Of a stretch of 64,000 bases of DNA, positions 48,139 through 59,100 are shown one piece after another; the first letter of the stretch is position 1; the number at the start of each line of letters is the position of its first letter. The position numbers were made by a program, and so were the translations under genes. The notes under the pieces were generated by a model. It ran no database searches and was not told where the DNA came from. It saw only the letters and a program-made list of their open reading frames with translations. The stretch lies in NCBI GenBank assembly GCA_977018835.1, contig OZ361257.1:4526001-4590000 (forward strand). Direction: 5' to 3'. The stretch comes from Minutocellus sp. GHC0000111. Taxonomy: Eukaryota.

Positions 48139-48770
48139 AATGGCTAAGAACATTCGAGTTGGAGGGATACGGCGACGTCACCCTCAAGTTCCAGAAGAAG
48201 GACGGAGGGTACTACCTCATGAACGCTCCGTTCGGAAAGTCCGAGGAGGAGGAGAAAAACGGGGTCAAGTGCGACGTCGCGTCGACTGGTACCGATGCGT
48301 TTGGGACCACAAGCTGGAACCTGTACGTCGGTGGTAGGCTGTATGGGACGATCCCGCCCAAGTACCTGTACGACGACGATGTCATGGCGGATCTCGCCAT
48401 CAAGATTGGCCCGTTTCTCCAAGGCCAGATCGACAAGACCAACGCTCGTATCGATAAGGCCGCCTCATCCAACGCCGATTCCGACGACGAGTACTGGAAC
48501 ATTCTGGAGGCCGTCGAGAGAGAAGGTATCGAAAGAGATAATCAGCTCCAAGGTCAGATCGATGAGACCACCGCTCGCATCAAGAAGACAGACGCTAAGA
48601 GGAAGAAGAATGACCGGAAAGTCGGCAAGATTCTCATGGATCACGCTCAGGCTCTCAAGACTACCGGCAAGAGAGCAGGAGTGATCGAAGCGAATCAGGA
48701 GGAGCTGTGGGAGCTAGCAAAGAATATGGAGAAGCGCTTGGCCGCAGTGGAACAGGAGGAGAGCGACTAA
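48139..48770 (+). CDS. hypothetical protein (beta-rich N-terminus, coiled-coil C-terminus); ATG one base out of frame
   Basis: Coding-like codon usage over 48150-48770. The ATG at 48139 needs a 1-nt indel to join the TFELEGYG frame. Confidence 0.55.
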
Positions 48771-49267
48771 AGTACATCTTGTAGAAATGCAGAATTCATG
48801 CTAGCTCAGCCCTGATAGATTGTTGGGCTAAATGCAGTAGAATCAGAACTTGTTTCAGCCAGATTGGAGAGTTAGAAGTGGCATAAGTTCTACATCTAAA
48901 GTTAGTATGCATATACTATATACGGGCGCTTTCGCCTACATGTAAATACACAAATGTATTAGAAATGAATGCACGAACGAAATGGATGGCAGATGGCAGG
49001 AGAAACACATTATTTTATTTCTTGATATAGACGAACCACCGAAGTGTTAGTTCCATCATTTGTACATTGTATCGAATCATATCAAATCATGACCTCTACA
49101 TGCACCGACGGCAGCGATGAGTGCGGCGGCGACGATGACGGCGGAACGAACCCTCCTAACCACCGGTGCTGTTACGGAATGCCAAACCCGAACCAAATCT
49201 CGATATGCTATGAGCTCCCCCACGTCATACTGAACGTCGAACAGAGATGACAATCGACCGTCACCCA

Positions 49268-49801
49268 CTACATTTTCTTTCGACTACGTTTAGCCGCCCA
49301 CGCTGGTAGTTCGGTTGTGTCAACTCTATGTTTCTCGGCAATCCGAGCATGTCCATCTCCATTTTCGCGGTAGTATTCCACAAAAAGGTTATATTTTTCG
49401 TCCCATGGATGGCATGGATGGGACAATACCACGTCGTCTTCATCGGTGATGGCAGGGTCAGAAAGAGAAGCAGCGAATGTAACTCGCGGTCCCAAGATCC
49501 AACCAGTCATCGCGCCCAGGGCAATGTCCATCATCTCTCTGCGCGAAGCATCGTCGGGCGAGTCATCGCCGTGCATAGGAGTGGCATGTAGGGCGCTTTG
49601 GACGTTTTGCGGACGACAAGGCATATGATCGGATAAGTGTTGGATGCGGTGGTTCGGGTTCGGGAGAATCTTGGTCTTGGGAGGGAAAAGATTTGTCGAA
49701 GCGCCGATGGCGGAGGGAGGGACGAAGAAGGCATCGACGGGCGATGAGGCAGCCAACACGATGGATATGGCTGCGGATGAATGGCACAGAGACCGCTTCA
49801 T
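49268..49801 (-). pseudogene. chimeric fragment: plastid/lumen-type presequence joined to a partial HA domain
   Basis: Signal peptide VDA-FFVP and twin-Arg SRREMM..hydrophobic..AAS, then PWDEKYNLFVEYYRENGDG..LPAWA and an early stop. Confidence 0.45.
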
Positions 49802-50146
49802 GATGAATGATTTTGTATAATTGTAGTCGGTCGATATCTTTTGCAGGTCGAACGACAGGATTTATGGCCAGCCTCTTGGCCAGCCTCTTGACCCCCTCTC
49901 TTCCAGCCTCTTGACATCATTTTTGCCCGCATACTCATAGTTACAAACTCAAAAGCCTACAAAGATCACGTCACAACGACACAACGACGATGTCTCGATC
50001 GGAACGTACGTTCTAGCACTTCTTGCAAATGATTCATGTCTCAATCCGTAACGTACGTTCTAGCACTTCTTGCAAATGACTCATGTCTCGATCGGACAGA
50101 TAATTCACACACTGTTCCGTTGTTGTCAAGTCCACGCCTCATCATT

Positions 50147-50700
50147 CTACCTGCAGGATGGATTCGGCGTGATGGTCAAACAGCGTGTTCTTCGACTCGC
50201 CGGCCGAGGATGCCGCCTCAGCCGTGGTAGGATCGAGTTTGGGGGTAGACCTCCTGACTTGAACTCAATACAAAACTGCTCAATGAGAGAACGGAACAGA
50301 GTTACATGATTGTCAGGTTGAACGCAGTCATTTGTATCGTATTCAATTTTTTTTCTCATCACGATCGTATGCGTACCCTCCTCCGACAAATGCCATCTCA
50401 AGCTTCGGGAATTAAACCAAGAAGGGAACAATTCGAAGCAATGTACGTGGGCATAGGCTATGGGCCCAGTGCTCATCGTTGCCTTCGTCATATACGAAAG
50501 ACATGCAGTTGATCTCCTTGACATTGGGGAATCGCCTCTGCGACAGTGGTTTGTCCCTCGGTCCTACGATGAGTTCCGACGCATTGGTAACGTTGAGCGT
50601 TTCGACCTTGTGGGCGGCATCGATGGCTAAGCGTCTTCCGGCCTGGAAGGTCACCCGAACATCGCTGTATGGCAAAAGCTGAGAACGTAAGCAAACGTAT
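50147..50700 (-). pseudogene. decayed member of a diatom multigene family (LPYSDVR..TLNVTNASEL..RRFPNV..RIVPFL)
   Basis: Family-like motif order, interrupted by a stop (PFLV*FPKL) and a frameshift. Confidence 0.5.
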
Positions 50701-51163
50701 CTGCTGGTAGGTCGACGGTACGTGATGTTGGCGCCGGCGGCACGCATGGGGTGTCCACGGCAGAAACGGGATCGGTGGTCTCGGCCATGATGCGAATGGT
50801 TGGCGCTGCTGCTGCTACTTTTTTTACCGGGCGTCAACCTGCAGGGCAAAAAAAGGTAGCTGTAGGATTGCCCATCGATTGGCAATCCACCAAGCTCTCT
50901 GCGTGATCCTCCGGCGCAAGCTTTGCTTGCTGCTGAATACGAAATTCCGGCACAACATGCGCCGGTATCTTGGTTCATCCCCCCAGCTCATCAATTTTTC
51001 CCGAGAATCATGAAAAGCCCCGATATTCTTGCTGATTTTATGGCCCATAACCAGTGGGCCTCGCATCTCCAGTCTCCAGTCAATGCTGTATCGTCAATCG
51101 TCAAGCGATACTTGCTCTCTATTGTAACGCACAGTCTTTCAAACAACAAAAGGCACAATCGAC

Positions 51164-51898
51164 ATGTCTTCGGCAGGAGAGAAGCGCAAGGCCACATCGG
51201 CTTCGGCCAGCAACGACCCCGACTTGCAGCCAGCTTCGAAAAAGGCGGCCAAGTCGAGCAAGAAGGACAAGACTTCTTCTGCTGCTTCATCTACGACCGG
51301 CGGTGCCGAGCTGGATTACGAGGCGTTGACTCTTCCAGTAATTCAATCGCGGATCAAAGCTTTATGCCATACAATCCCAAGAGTTCCCGCCGAAGGTCTT
51401 GATCCCAAGGACAACGCCGCCATCAAGACATGGGCAGCCAAAATGCAAACTGCCATCGAGGCGTTCAATCTCCACATCTGCACGGTATCGGCTGCAACAT
51501 ATAAGTGGGGATCGGACCAGTCCGGCGCGGCCGATCAGAATTTGGCATTGCTGAGCAGCGAAATTGCCAATGCGCAGGATCAGATCACGTCTAGCGTCAA
51601 TCCCCGTCTGACCAACGTGCTGGCTCCGGTGGTCGATCTGGTCATTGCCAAGAGTATTACCACCACGGAAATCGACGAAAGGAGCGGCAAAGAGCAAAAG
51701 GTCAAGGCCAATGTCTTTACGAGGGAACAGGTCGACCCGGACTTTTTGCAGCTGTGCGATGAGATATTGGCACGGAATGCTGTGATGCTGAGAACGGTGG
51801 TCCTGGCCAACTTCCTCAAGGTGGAGAAGTGCATCGGTGATTACGTCAAGGCCTGCGAGAAGGATCGCAGCCACGATGCGAGGGGGTTTGCGTATTAG
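51164..51898 (+). CDS. hypothetical protein
   Basis: Intact 244-aa ORF with ATG after a CAAA-rich leader, coding-like composition, basic N-terminus and helical core (ATYKWGSDQSGAADQNL). Confidence 0.75.
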   Translation: MSSAGEKRKATSASASNDPDLQPASKKAAKSSKKDKTSSAASSTTGGAELDYEALTLPVIQSRIKALCHTIPRVPAEGLDPKDNAAIKTWAAKMQTAIEAFNLHICTVSAATYKWGSDQSGAADQNLALLSSEIANAQDQITSSVNPRLTNVLAPVVDLVIAKSITTTEIDERSGKEQKVKANVFTREQVDPDFLQLCDEILARNAVMLRTVVLANFLKVEKCIGDYVKACEKDRSHDARGFAY

Positions 51899-52480
51899 AT
51901 GCCCATCTGCTCACTCTTATTGGCACAACTAACAGCCACACATACAAGGCACAGAAAATCTTGAAAAGGGATGGGCTCAGTACGAGCCGAGGCAGCAGCA
52001 GATCTTCCGGCCGGTCGCTTGGACAGGCTATCATACGCTATTACGTCACTCTAGACTAGAGATGGCACATGCAAATAGAACTATCTCTACATGTACGCGC
52101 TGTGAATGAAAAGAAATCGATAAATGTTTACGTCGATTTTATTTATGTACATGTGTGTGCTACATGAACGTTTGCGTAGGTTTTATTTATACATGTGTGC
52201 GCTTGAATAGTGCACTGAGTGATAGTAATTTCTCCACAGCGCGACAAATCATAAACACATTGATGAGACTCTTTAGGATGCCAAGCCCAGTAGGGAGAGA
52301 TCGGATAGGAGCATGTCAATAGCAATTGGCGTTTCCAACATTTAAAGAAGGTTGGACGCCACTGGACAACATGCTAATCCAGTATCGGTGTGATGTATGA
52401 ACACGATCGCCCAGCCAGCAAGGCCCATTTCAGTATACTTACCGTTATTGCATTTTATCACGATTGAATTTCCATTTAAT

Positions 52481-54103
52481 TTAGCTGCCGTCTTTCAATG
52501 AGAGCTTGATCATCCTTGTTTCCGTGGAACAATTGGACATCACGTAACTCTTGAATTGACGAGCATCGATGTTGCTTGAGGCTCCAGCGTCGATGTTCTT
52601 GAAAAGTTCTGTTGCGTACCCATCCTCAGGCCGCGTTTCTTTGTTCAAAAGTTTCATATCGCTGTCGGGAATAGATGCGGTGGTGGCAAACATTGGGTGC
52701 TCCACCATGAGCTGCTCCCGGTCGAGATATGATACAGTGTACTTCCTTTCCACTACAACCAACGCTTTGAAGAGCTCAGCAACAACACCAAGAGTGAAGG
52801 GAAGAAAAATAACCCCCGACGGTATAACTTTTTCGTCCTTCCTCCTTTTCCTCGTGATGCGTTGATTATTGGCCTCGACTTCAATGGCATCTGAGCACAG
52901 CACAGACTCGATATCGGGAAGAGTTTTGGTGAAGAATTGAGGCTTGAGATAGTGCGTCGTGTCCCATCCGATTGGGCACCAGACCCAATCAACGCAGACT
53001 TGGACCGGATGTTGTTGCTGCAATTTCCCCCGTAGTTCTTGCACAAATTTCCTGTCGCAGAAATCCCCATAGTAGTGTTTCGATTCATCATTTTCATCTT
53101 TATTGCTCTTCGACACACAAAAACAGTCGAACCCGGCATCGTGAAGGCGAACGATACGCGCCTTGTCCCTAATCGCCCCGGGAAGCTGCGTATTAGCCTT
53201 ACCATAATAACACCTGGCTTCGTCCAAGAGTTCTTCGTATGTTGGCCCGCCAGCATTCGTTTCCTTCCTGAAGGTGAATCCTAACAAAAGAATGACTGGT
53301 TTGGTTGGTTGCGTAATGGTAGTAGTATCGGTAGTCGTAGCTTCTGATTCTGCTTGAGCCTCGGCACTTGTAGCACTGTCTTCTACTTCCGAGCTTGCTT
53401 GTACCTCCATCATTGCTGCGGGTTCAAGGGCACTCTTATTTTTCTCCGAATTTGATTCAGCCAAATCTTCACCGATCGCCGATTGTGTTGTCCTAGAAGA
53501 AGTACTGCCCGACTCACTTTGCCGAACACCTTGGCTAGCACTTGGAGCAATGAGTTTTCGCATATGTTTGGTCAGCTTTGCCATGTCGGGTTCAACACGA
53601 GATCGAATAATCCATCGGCCACAGGTAGCTCGCGAGCACCGCACGCCGTAACAAGCAAGCGCGGATGCTTCCATGACTTGCTTTTCTATTCCTGATTTGC
53701 CCCAGACGCTCAACTTGCATTTGTTCCTGTTGCCCTCCGCACGAATGTGCCTCTCAAAACCACCTCTCTCCATGGGCTGAACATATTTGCATCCACAATG
53801 ATACAAAAGCTTTGTTTTAGTTGCCACGGCGCACCAAGAATCCGATGTCGTCTTCGAAGGCTCCTCGCTTCTCAAGATTTTCATAGCCTTCCCAACCTCT
53901 TTCGCAATGATTACATTCGGCAGCCCGTCGGCAGAAGTCTTGTGTCGGCAATGCTCTTGAACTTTTCTTTCAATTTCTTCCACTGGAGCAGTAGCAGATG
54001 CCAGATGGCGATAAGATCCATTCCAAATGTAGCAAACACCATGCTCTCGACAAAGCCTGAAGCCATGCGATCGTAAGCAAGCTTCCCGAACGTTAGCGTC
54101 CAT
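52481..54103 (-). CDS. 540-aa intronless orphan protein: Cys/His-rich N-terminus, acidic linker, alpha/beta C-terminal domain
   Basis: Long intact ORF. Clusters CREH..C..H..HC.H, YHCGC..H..C and C..C..CGR. C-terminal VILLLGF..HYYGDF..QVCVDWVWCP..GVIFLPF. Confidence 0.75.
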   Translation of the reverse strand: MDANVREACLRSHGFRLCREHGVCYIWNGSYRHLASATAPVEEIERKVQEHCRHKTSADGLPNVIIAKEVGKAMKILRSEEPSKTTSDSWCAVATKTKLLYHCGCKYVQPMERGGFERHIRAEGNRNKCKLSVWGKSGIEKQVMEASALACYGVRCSRATCGRWIIRSRVEPDMAKLTKHMRKLIAPSASQGVRQSESGSTSSRTTQSAIGEDLAESNSEKNKSALEPAAMMEVQASSEVEDSATSAEAQAESEATTTDTTTITQPTKPVILLLGFTFRKETNAGGPTYEELLDEARCYYGKANTQLPGAIRDKARIVRLHDAGFDCFCVSKSNKDENDESKHYYGDFCDRKFVQELRGKLQQQHPVQVCVDWVWCPIGWDTTHYLKPQFFTKTLPDIESVLCSDAIEVEANNQRITRKRRKDEKVIPSGVIFLPFTLGVVAELFKALVVVERKYTVSYLDREQLMVEHPMFATTASIPDSDMKLLNKETRPEDGYATELFKNIDAGASSNIDARQFKSYVMSNCSTETRMIKLSLKDGS

Positions 54104-54223
54104 GGCAGCCGTCCCATTTGACTATGGAAATTTGCCGGAAAGGGTTATGAGCCAATTAAAAAATTCTTTCGGCTGTGATGACGCATCAGAAAGGTGATTC
54201 GCCAGGTGTGTCGTTTCTGTGCT

Positions 54224-54631
54224 TGTGACATCTCATGGTCAAACATGAGGTGCTCCAGATGGGAACCCTGTTTTTCCCTGATGCTGCTGGCAACGCCTAC
54301 ACCACCCACAAAGACGCATGCTTTGGCTGCACTGCACATGGCAATGAATGGAACACAAGGTTGAAAGCAGCCGCCGGTGACAACAGCTGCAGCAGACAGG
54401 TGCAAGGAACCTCTCTCTGTTGATTGGCTCTAACTGTGGTTGTCTAGTTCCATGAAGAGTGAGGAACGAACACAAAGGAGTCCTTCTCCGAAAGAGAACA
54501 CCAAAGACATGCAGATGTAAACACGAGATGCTGTCCACCCAAAACATGGTGAAGATGGAGCTTCTCCCATTGCTTAGGAGTTCCCGAAGCTAGAAGAGGT
54601 GGGCGGTGCCGGCAAAGGCGACCGGCTGTCA
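54224..54631 (-). repeat. putative 3' LTR (~408 bp) containing one partial satellite monomer
   Basis: Starts TG after the PPT and ends CA, with a TGACA/TGTCA inverted motif at the termini. 54234-54358 aligns by eye to the 194-bp monomer with a ~40-bp gap. Confidence 0.6.
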
Positions 54632-56120
54632 CTCCCCTTGTCTGCACTGCCTAAATCGGCATGACGCCAGAAGCTTCATCAATCTACACCAATCTTGTAA
54701 TGAGCGGGGCTTAGTCAGAGTGTCAGCAGGATTTTCCTTGCCTTCAACATCGACGAACCGAACACTGCCTTCTGCCTGTGCCTCACCCATGTCCAGTTCG
54801 GAGCCCTGTTTTTTTTCAATGCTGCTGGCGACGCCCATGGCCATCTCTGCGTCCTTGGTGTCCTGTAGAAAGTTCTGGCGGGCTACCGCCGGGTTGTCAA
54901 TGTCAAGGAGAAAGGTGCGAGCCCCAGCGAACGGACTGTAAGTGGGGCAATCGTCGCGGGGCTGAAATTGGTTTTGTGCGTCGAGGTGTTTCTTCGAGCT
55001 GTGGTGGCGCAGGCCAAACACGAAGGCAAAACTGCGTTCAGCCTGCAGGTCGTTGAGCTCAGCAGACAGGGCGTGCAGGTGGGGTGTGTTCAGTCTCGCA
55101 CCAGGGGAACTGTTGCTGGGCATGATCCGACAAGGGACAGGGGGCCCAAATGTGTCTCCGTGGAGCAGGGCGTGCGAGAAAGCTTGTTGCTCGGGGGATG
55201 GCGGTGCCAGAAGCGGCTCTGTGTCCCAAGCAATTTTTGGTGGAAAATTGGGGGGGAGTTCCGTCCCAAAGATCCCGGCAAAACGGCAAGGGGACGATTG
55301 CAGGCCCCAAGTGCCCTCTGGTGGTTCAAGCTGTGAAACGTCCTCGTCCATTGACGGGCGGAGCGCTCCACGCCACTCGTCGTGTTCCCTTTCCGACTGC
55401 CGCAGGGTGACGTCGTCACAGTGCCGGCAGCTCCACTCGAATCGGAGTCTCTCCCAACGACGAAACTGTTGAATGAGGTCGAGGTTGCGTCCCGCAATGT
55501 TAAGGGCCTGGGCGTCGTCCTGTAATCTTGACGTCAAAATCGGTTTGAACTCCCGAGGTGACCCAGCCGGGCACAGGCATGGCCGATCGACATGAGAATC
55601 TCGTTGTCCTCACGTTGAATGACCAGAGATCTGAGGTCGAGGGGGGTTCCCGTGGTGGAGGTACGGTAAATTTCAAGCTGGCCCAGGCGCACTGCCACCA
55701 ACCAGACGTTCAGTCGACACGTTTGCCAATCGCAGGCTTTGTTGTGTGTTTCCAGCTCGAGGATCTCGGCTGTGTTGCAGGGACTTAGAGGAAGTTCTGC
55801 CCTGCCGCGACCAGCCCAATCCTCTGCTCCGTAGTCGTCCCTGGCGCATTGGAGTTGGTCCCTAAACAGGTCAGCGACACCTTGGCGAACTTCCGAGAAG
55901 CGTCTCCAAGGGGTGAGGGGACAGCACTGTTTTCTTCGCTGATGATGTCAGTGCTGTTGAGACAGCACTCAGTTGAAACCATGACTGTGAATGGAGCTGT
56001 CGAGTGCTCATGCTGGGTGCCTGTGGACACGGGTCGCACTTGCCAGTTGTCTCGACGCCAAGTGCGACATCCATCAATGCTCCCATGGTCAAACATGAGT
56101 TGCTCCAGTTAGTAACCCCT
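54224..56120 (-). mobile_element. non-autonomous Ty1/Copia-derived LTR element (3' LTR, PPT, RNase H remnant, candidate PBS; 5' LTR merges into the satellite)
   Basis: Minus strand: EAQAEGSVRFVDVEGKENPADTLTKPRS..W.RLMK (Copia RNase H C-terminus), PPT AAGGGGAG (54639-54632) directly followed by TGACAG. Matching ends GATGTCACA (54224) and GATGTCGCA (56063), the latter followed by CT-TGGCGTCGAG. Confidence 0.7.
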
Positions 56121-59100
56121 CACATGGCAATGAATGGAACATAAGCTTTGGTAGAGATCAGGGTGCTCCTATGGTCAAACATGAGTTGCTCCAGTTAGGA
56201 GCCCTGCTATTTCCCAACACTGCCGGCGACGCCCACAAAGATGAGTGCTTTGGCTGCAGTGCAATCACTGGACACTGCTCACCACATGCATTCCTTGCTG
56301 CTCTCACATGGCAATGAATTGAACATAAGCTTTGGTAGAGATCAGGGTGCTGCTATGGTCAAATATGAGTTGCTCCAGTTAGGAGCGCCCTAGTTTTCCC
56401 AACGCTGCTGGCGACGCCCACACCACCCACAAAGATGCATGCTTTGGCTGCAGTGCAATCACAGGACACTGCTCACCACATGCATTCCTTGCTGCTCTCA
56501 CATGGCAATGAATGGAACATAAGCTTTGGTAGAGATCAGGGTGCTCCCATGGTCAAACATGAGTTGCTCCAGTTAGGACAGCCCAAGCTTTCCCAACGCT
56601 GCTGGCGACGCCCCCACCACCCACAAAGATGAGTGCTTTGGCTGCAGTGCAATCACAGGACACTGCTCACCACATGCATTCCTTGCTGCTCTCACATGGC
56701 AATGAATAGAACATAAGCTTTTTCAGAGATCAGGGCACTCCTGTGGTCAAATGTGATTTGCTCTAGTTAGGACAGCCGTAGTTTTCCCAACGCTGCTGGT
56801 GACGCCCACACCACCCACAAAGATGAGTGCTTTGGCTGCAGTGCAATCACAGGACACTGCTCACCACATGCATTCCTTGCTGCTCTCACATGGCAATGAA
56901 TGGAACATAAGCTTTGGTAGAGATCAGGGTGCTGCTATGGTCAAATGTGAGTTGCTCCAGTTAGGAGAGCACTGATTTTCCCAACGCTGCTGGCTGGCAA
57001 CTCCCCAACAACCCACAAAGATGAGTGCTTTGGCTGCAGTGCAATCACAGGACACTGCTCACCACATGCATTCCTTGCTGCTCTCACATGGCAATGAATG
57101 GAACATAAGCTTTGGTAGAGATCAGGGTGCTCCTGTGGTCAAACATGGGTTGCTCCAGCAAGCAGCGCCCTGATTTTCCCAACGCTGCTGGCGACACCCA
57201 CACCACCCACAAAGATGAGTGCTTTGGCTGCAGTGCAACCACAGGACACTGCTCACCACATGCATTCCTTGCTGCTCTCACAAGGCAATGAATGGAACAT
57301 AAGCTTTGGTAGAGATCAGGGTGCTCCTATGGTCAAATGTGAGTTGATCCAGTTAGGACAGCCCTAACTTTCCCAACGCTGCTGGCGACGCCCACACCAC
57401 CCACAAAGATGCGTGCTTTGGCTGCAGTGCAATCACAGGACACTGCTCACCACATGCATTCCTTGCTGCTCTCACATGGCAATGAAGGAACATAAGCTTT
57501 GGTAGAGATCAGGGTGCTCCTATGGTCAAATGTGAGTTGCTCCAGTTAGGAGCGCCCTAGCTTTCCCAACGCTGCTGGCGACACCCACACCACCCACAAA
57601 GATGCGTGCTTTGGCTGCAGTGCAATCACTGGACACTGCTCACCACATGCATTCCTTGCTGCTCTCACATGGCAATGAATGGAACATAAGCTTTGGTAGA
57701 GATCAGGGTGCTCCTATGGTCAAATGTGAGTTGCCCCAGTTAGGAGCGCCCTAGTTGTCCCAACGCTGCTGCTGGCGACAACCACGCCACACACAAAGAT
57801 GAGTGCTTTGGCTGCAGTGCAATCACAGGACACTGCTCACCACATGCATTTCTTGCTGCTCTCACATTGTAATGAATGGAGCATAAGCTTTGGTAGAGAT
57901 CAGGGTGCTCCTATGGTCAAACATGAGTTGCTCCAGTTAGGAGCGCCCTAGCTTTCCCAACGCTGCTGGTGACGCCCACATCCCCCCCACAAAGATGCGT
58001 GCTCTGGCTGCAGTGCAACCACAGGACACTGCTCACCACATGCATTCCTTGCTGCTCTCATATGGCAATGAATGGAACATAAGCTTTGGTAGAGATCAGG
58101 GTGCTGCTATGGTCAAATATGAGTTGCTCCAGTAATTAGCGCCCTGCTTTTCCCAACGCTGCTGGCGACGCCCACACCACCCACAAAGATGAGTGCTTTG
58201 GCTGCAGTGCAATCACAGGACACTGCTCACCACATGCATTCCTTGCTGCTCTCACATGGCAATGAATGGAACATAAGCTTTGGTAGAGATCAGGGTGCTG
58301 CTATGGTCAAACATGAATTGCTCCAGTTAGGAGCGCCCTAGTTTTCCCAACGCTGCTGGCGACGCCCACACCACCCACAAAGATGCGTGCTTTGGCTGCA
58401 GTGCAATCACAGGACACTGCTCACCACATGCATTCCTTTCTGCTCTCACATGGCAATGAATGGAACATAAGCTTTGGTAGAGATCAGGGTGCTGCTATGG
58501 TCAAATGTGAGTTGCTCCAGTAAGGAGCGCCCTGCTTTTCCCAACGCTGCTGGCGACGCCCACACCACCCACAAAGATGCGTGCTTTGGCTGCAGTGCAA
58601 TCACAGGACACTGCTCACCACATGCATTCCTTGCTGCTCTCACATGGCAATGAATGGAACATAAGCTTTGGTAGAGATCAGGGTGCTCCTATGGTGCACT
58701 GATTTTCCCAACGCTGCTGGCTGGCAACTCCCCAACAACCCACAAAGATGAGTGCTTTGGCTGCAGTGCAATCACAGGACACTGCTCACCACATGCATTC
58801 CTTGCTGCTCTCACATGGCAATGAATGGAACATAAGCTTTGGTAGAGATCAGGGTGCTCCTATTATTGATGTTAGTTGCTCCAGTTAGGAGCGCCCTGAT
58901 TTTCCCAACGCTGCTGTTGACGCCCACACCACCCACAAAGATGAGTGCTTTGGCTGCAGTGCAATCACAGGACACTGCTCACCACATGCATTCCTTGCTG
59001 CTCTCACATGGCAATGAATGGAACATAAGCTTTGGTAGAGATCAGGGTGCTCCTGTGGTCAAACATGGGTTGCTCCAGCAAGCAGCGCCCTGATTTTCCC

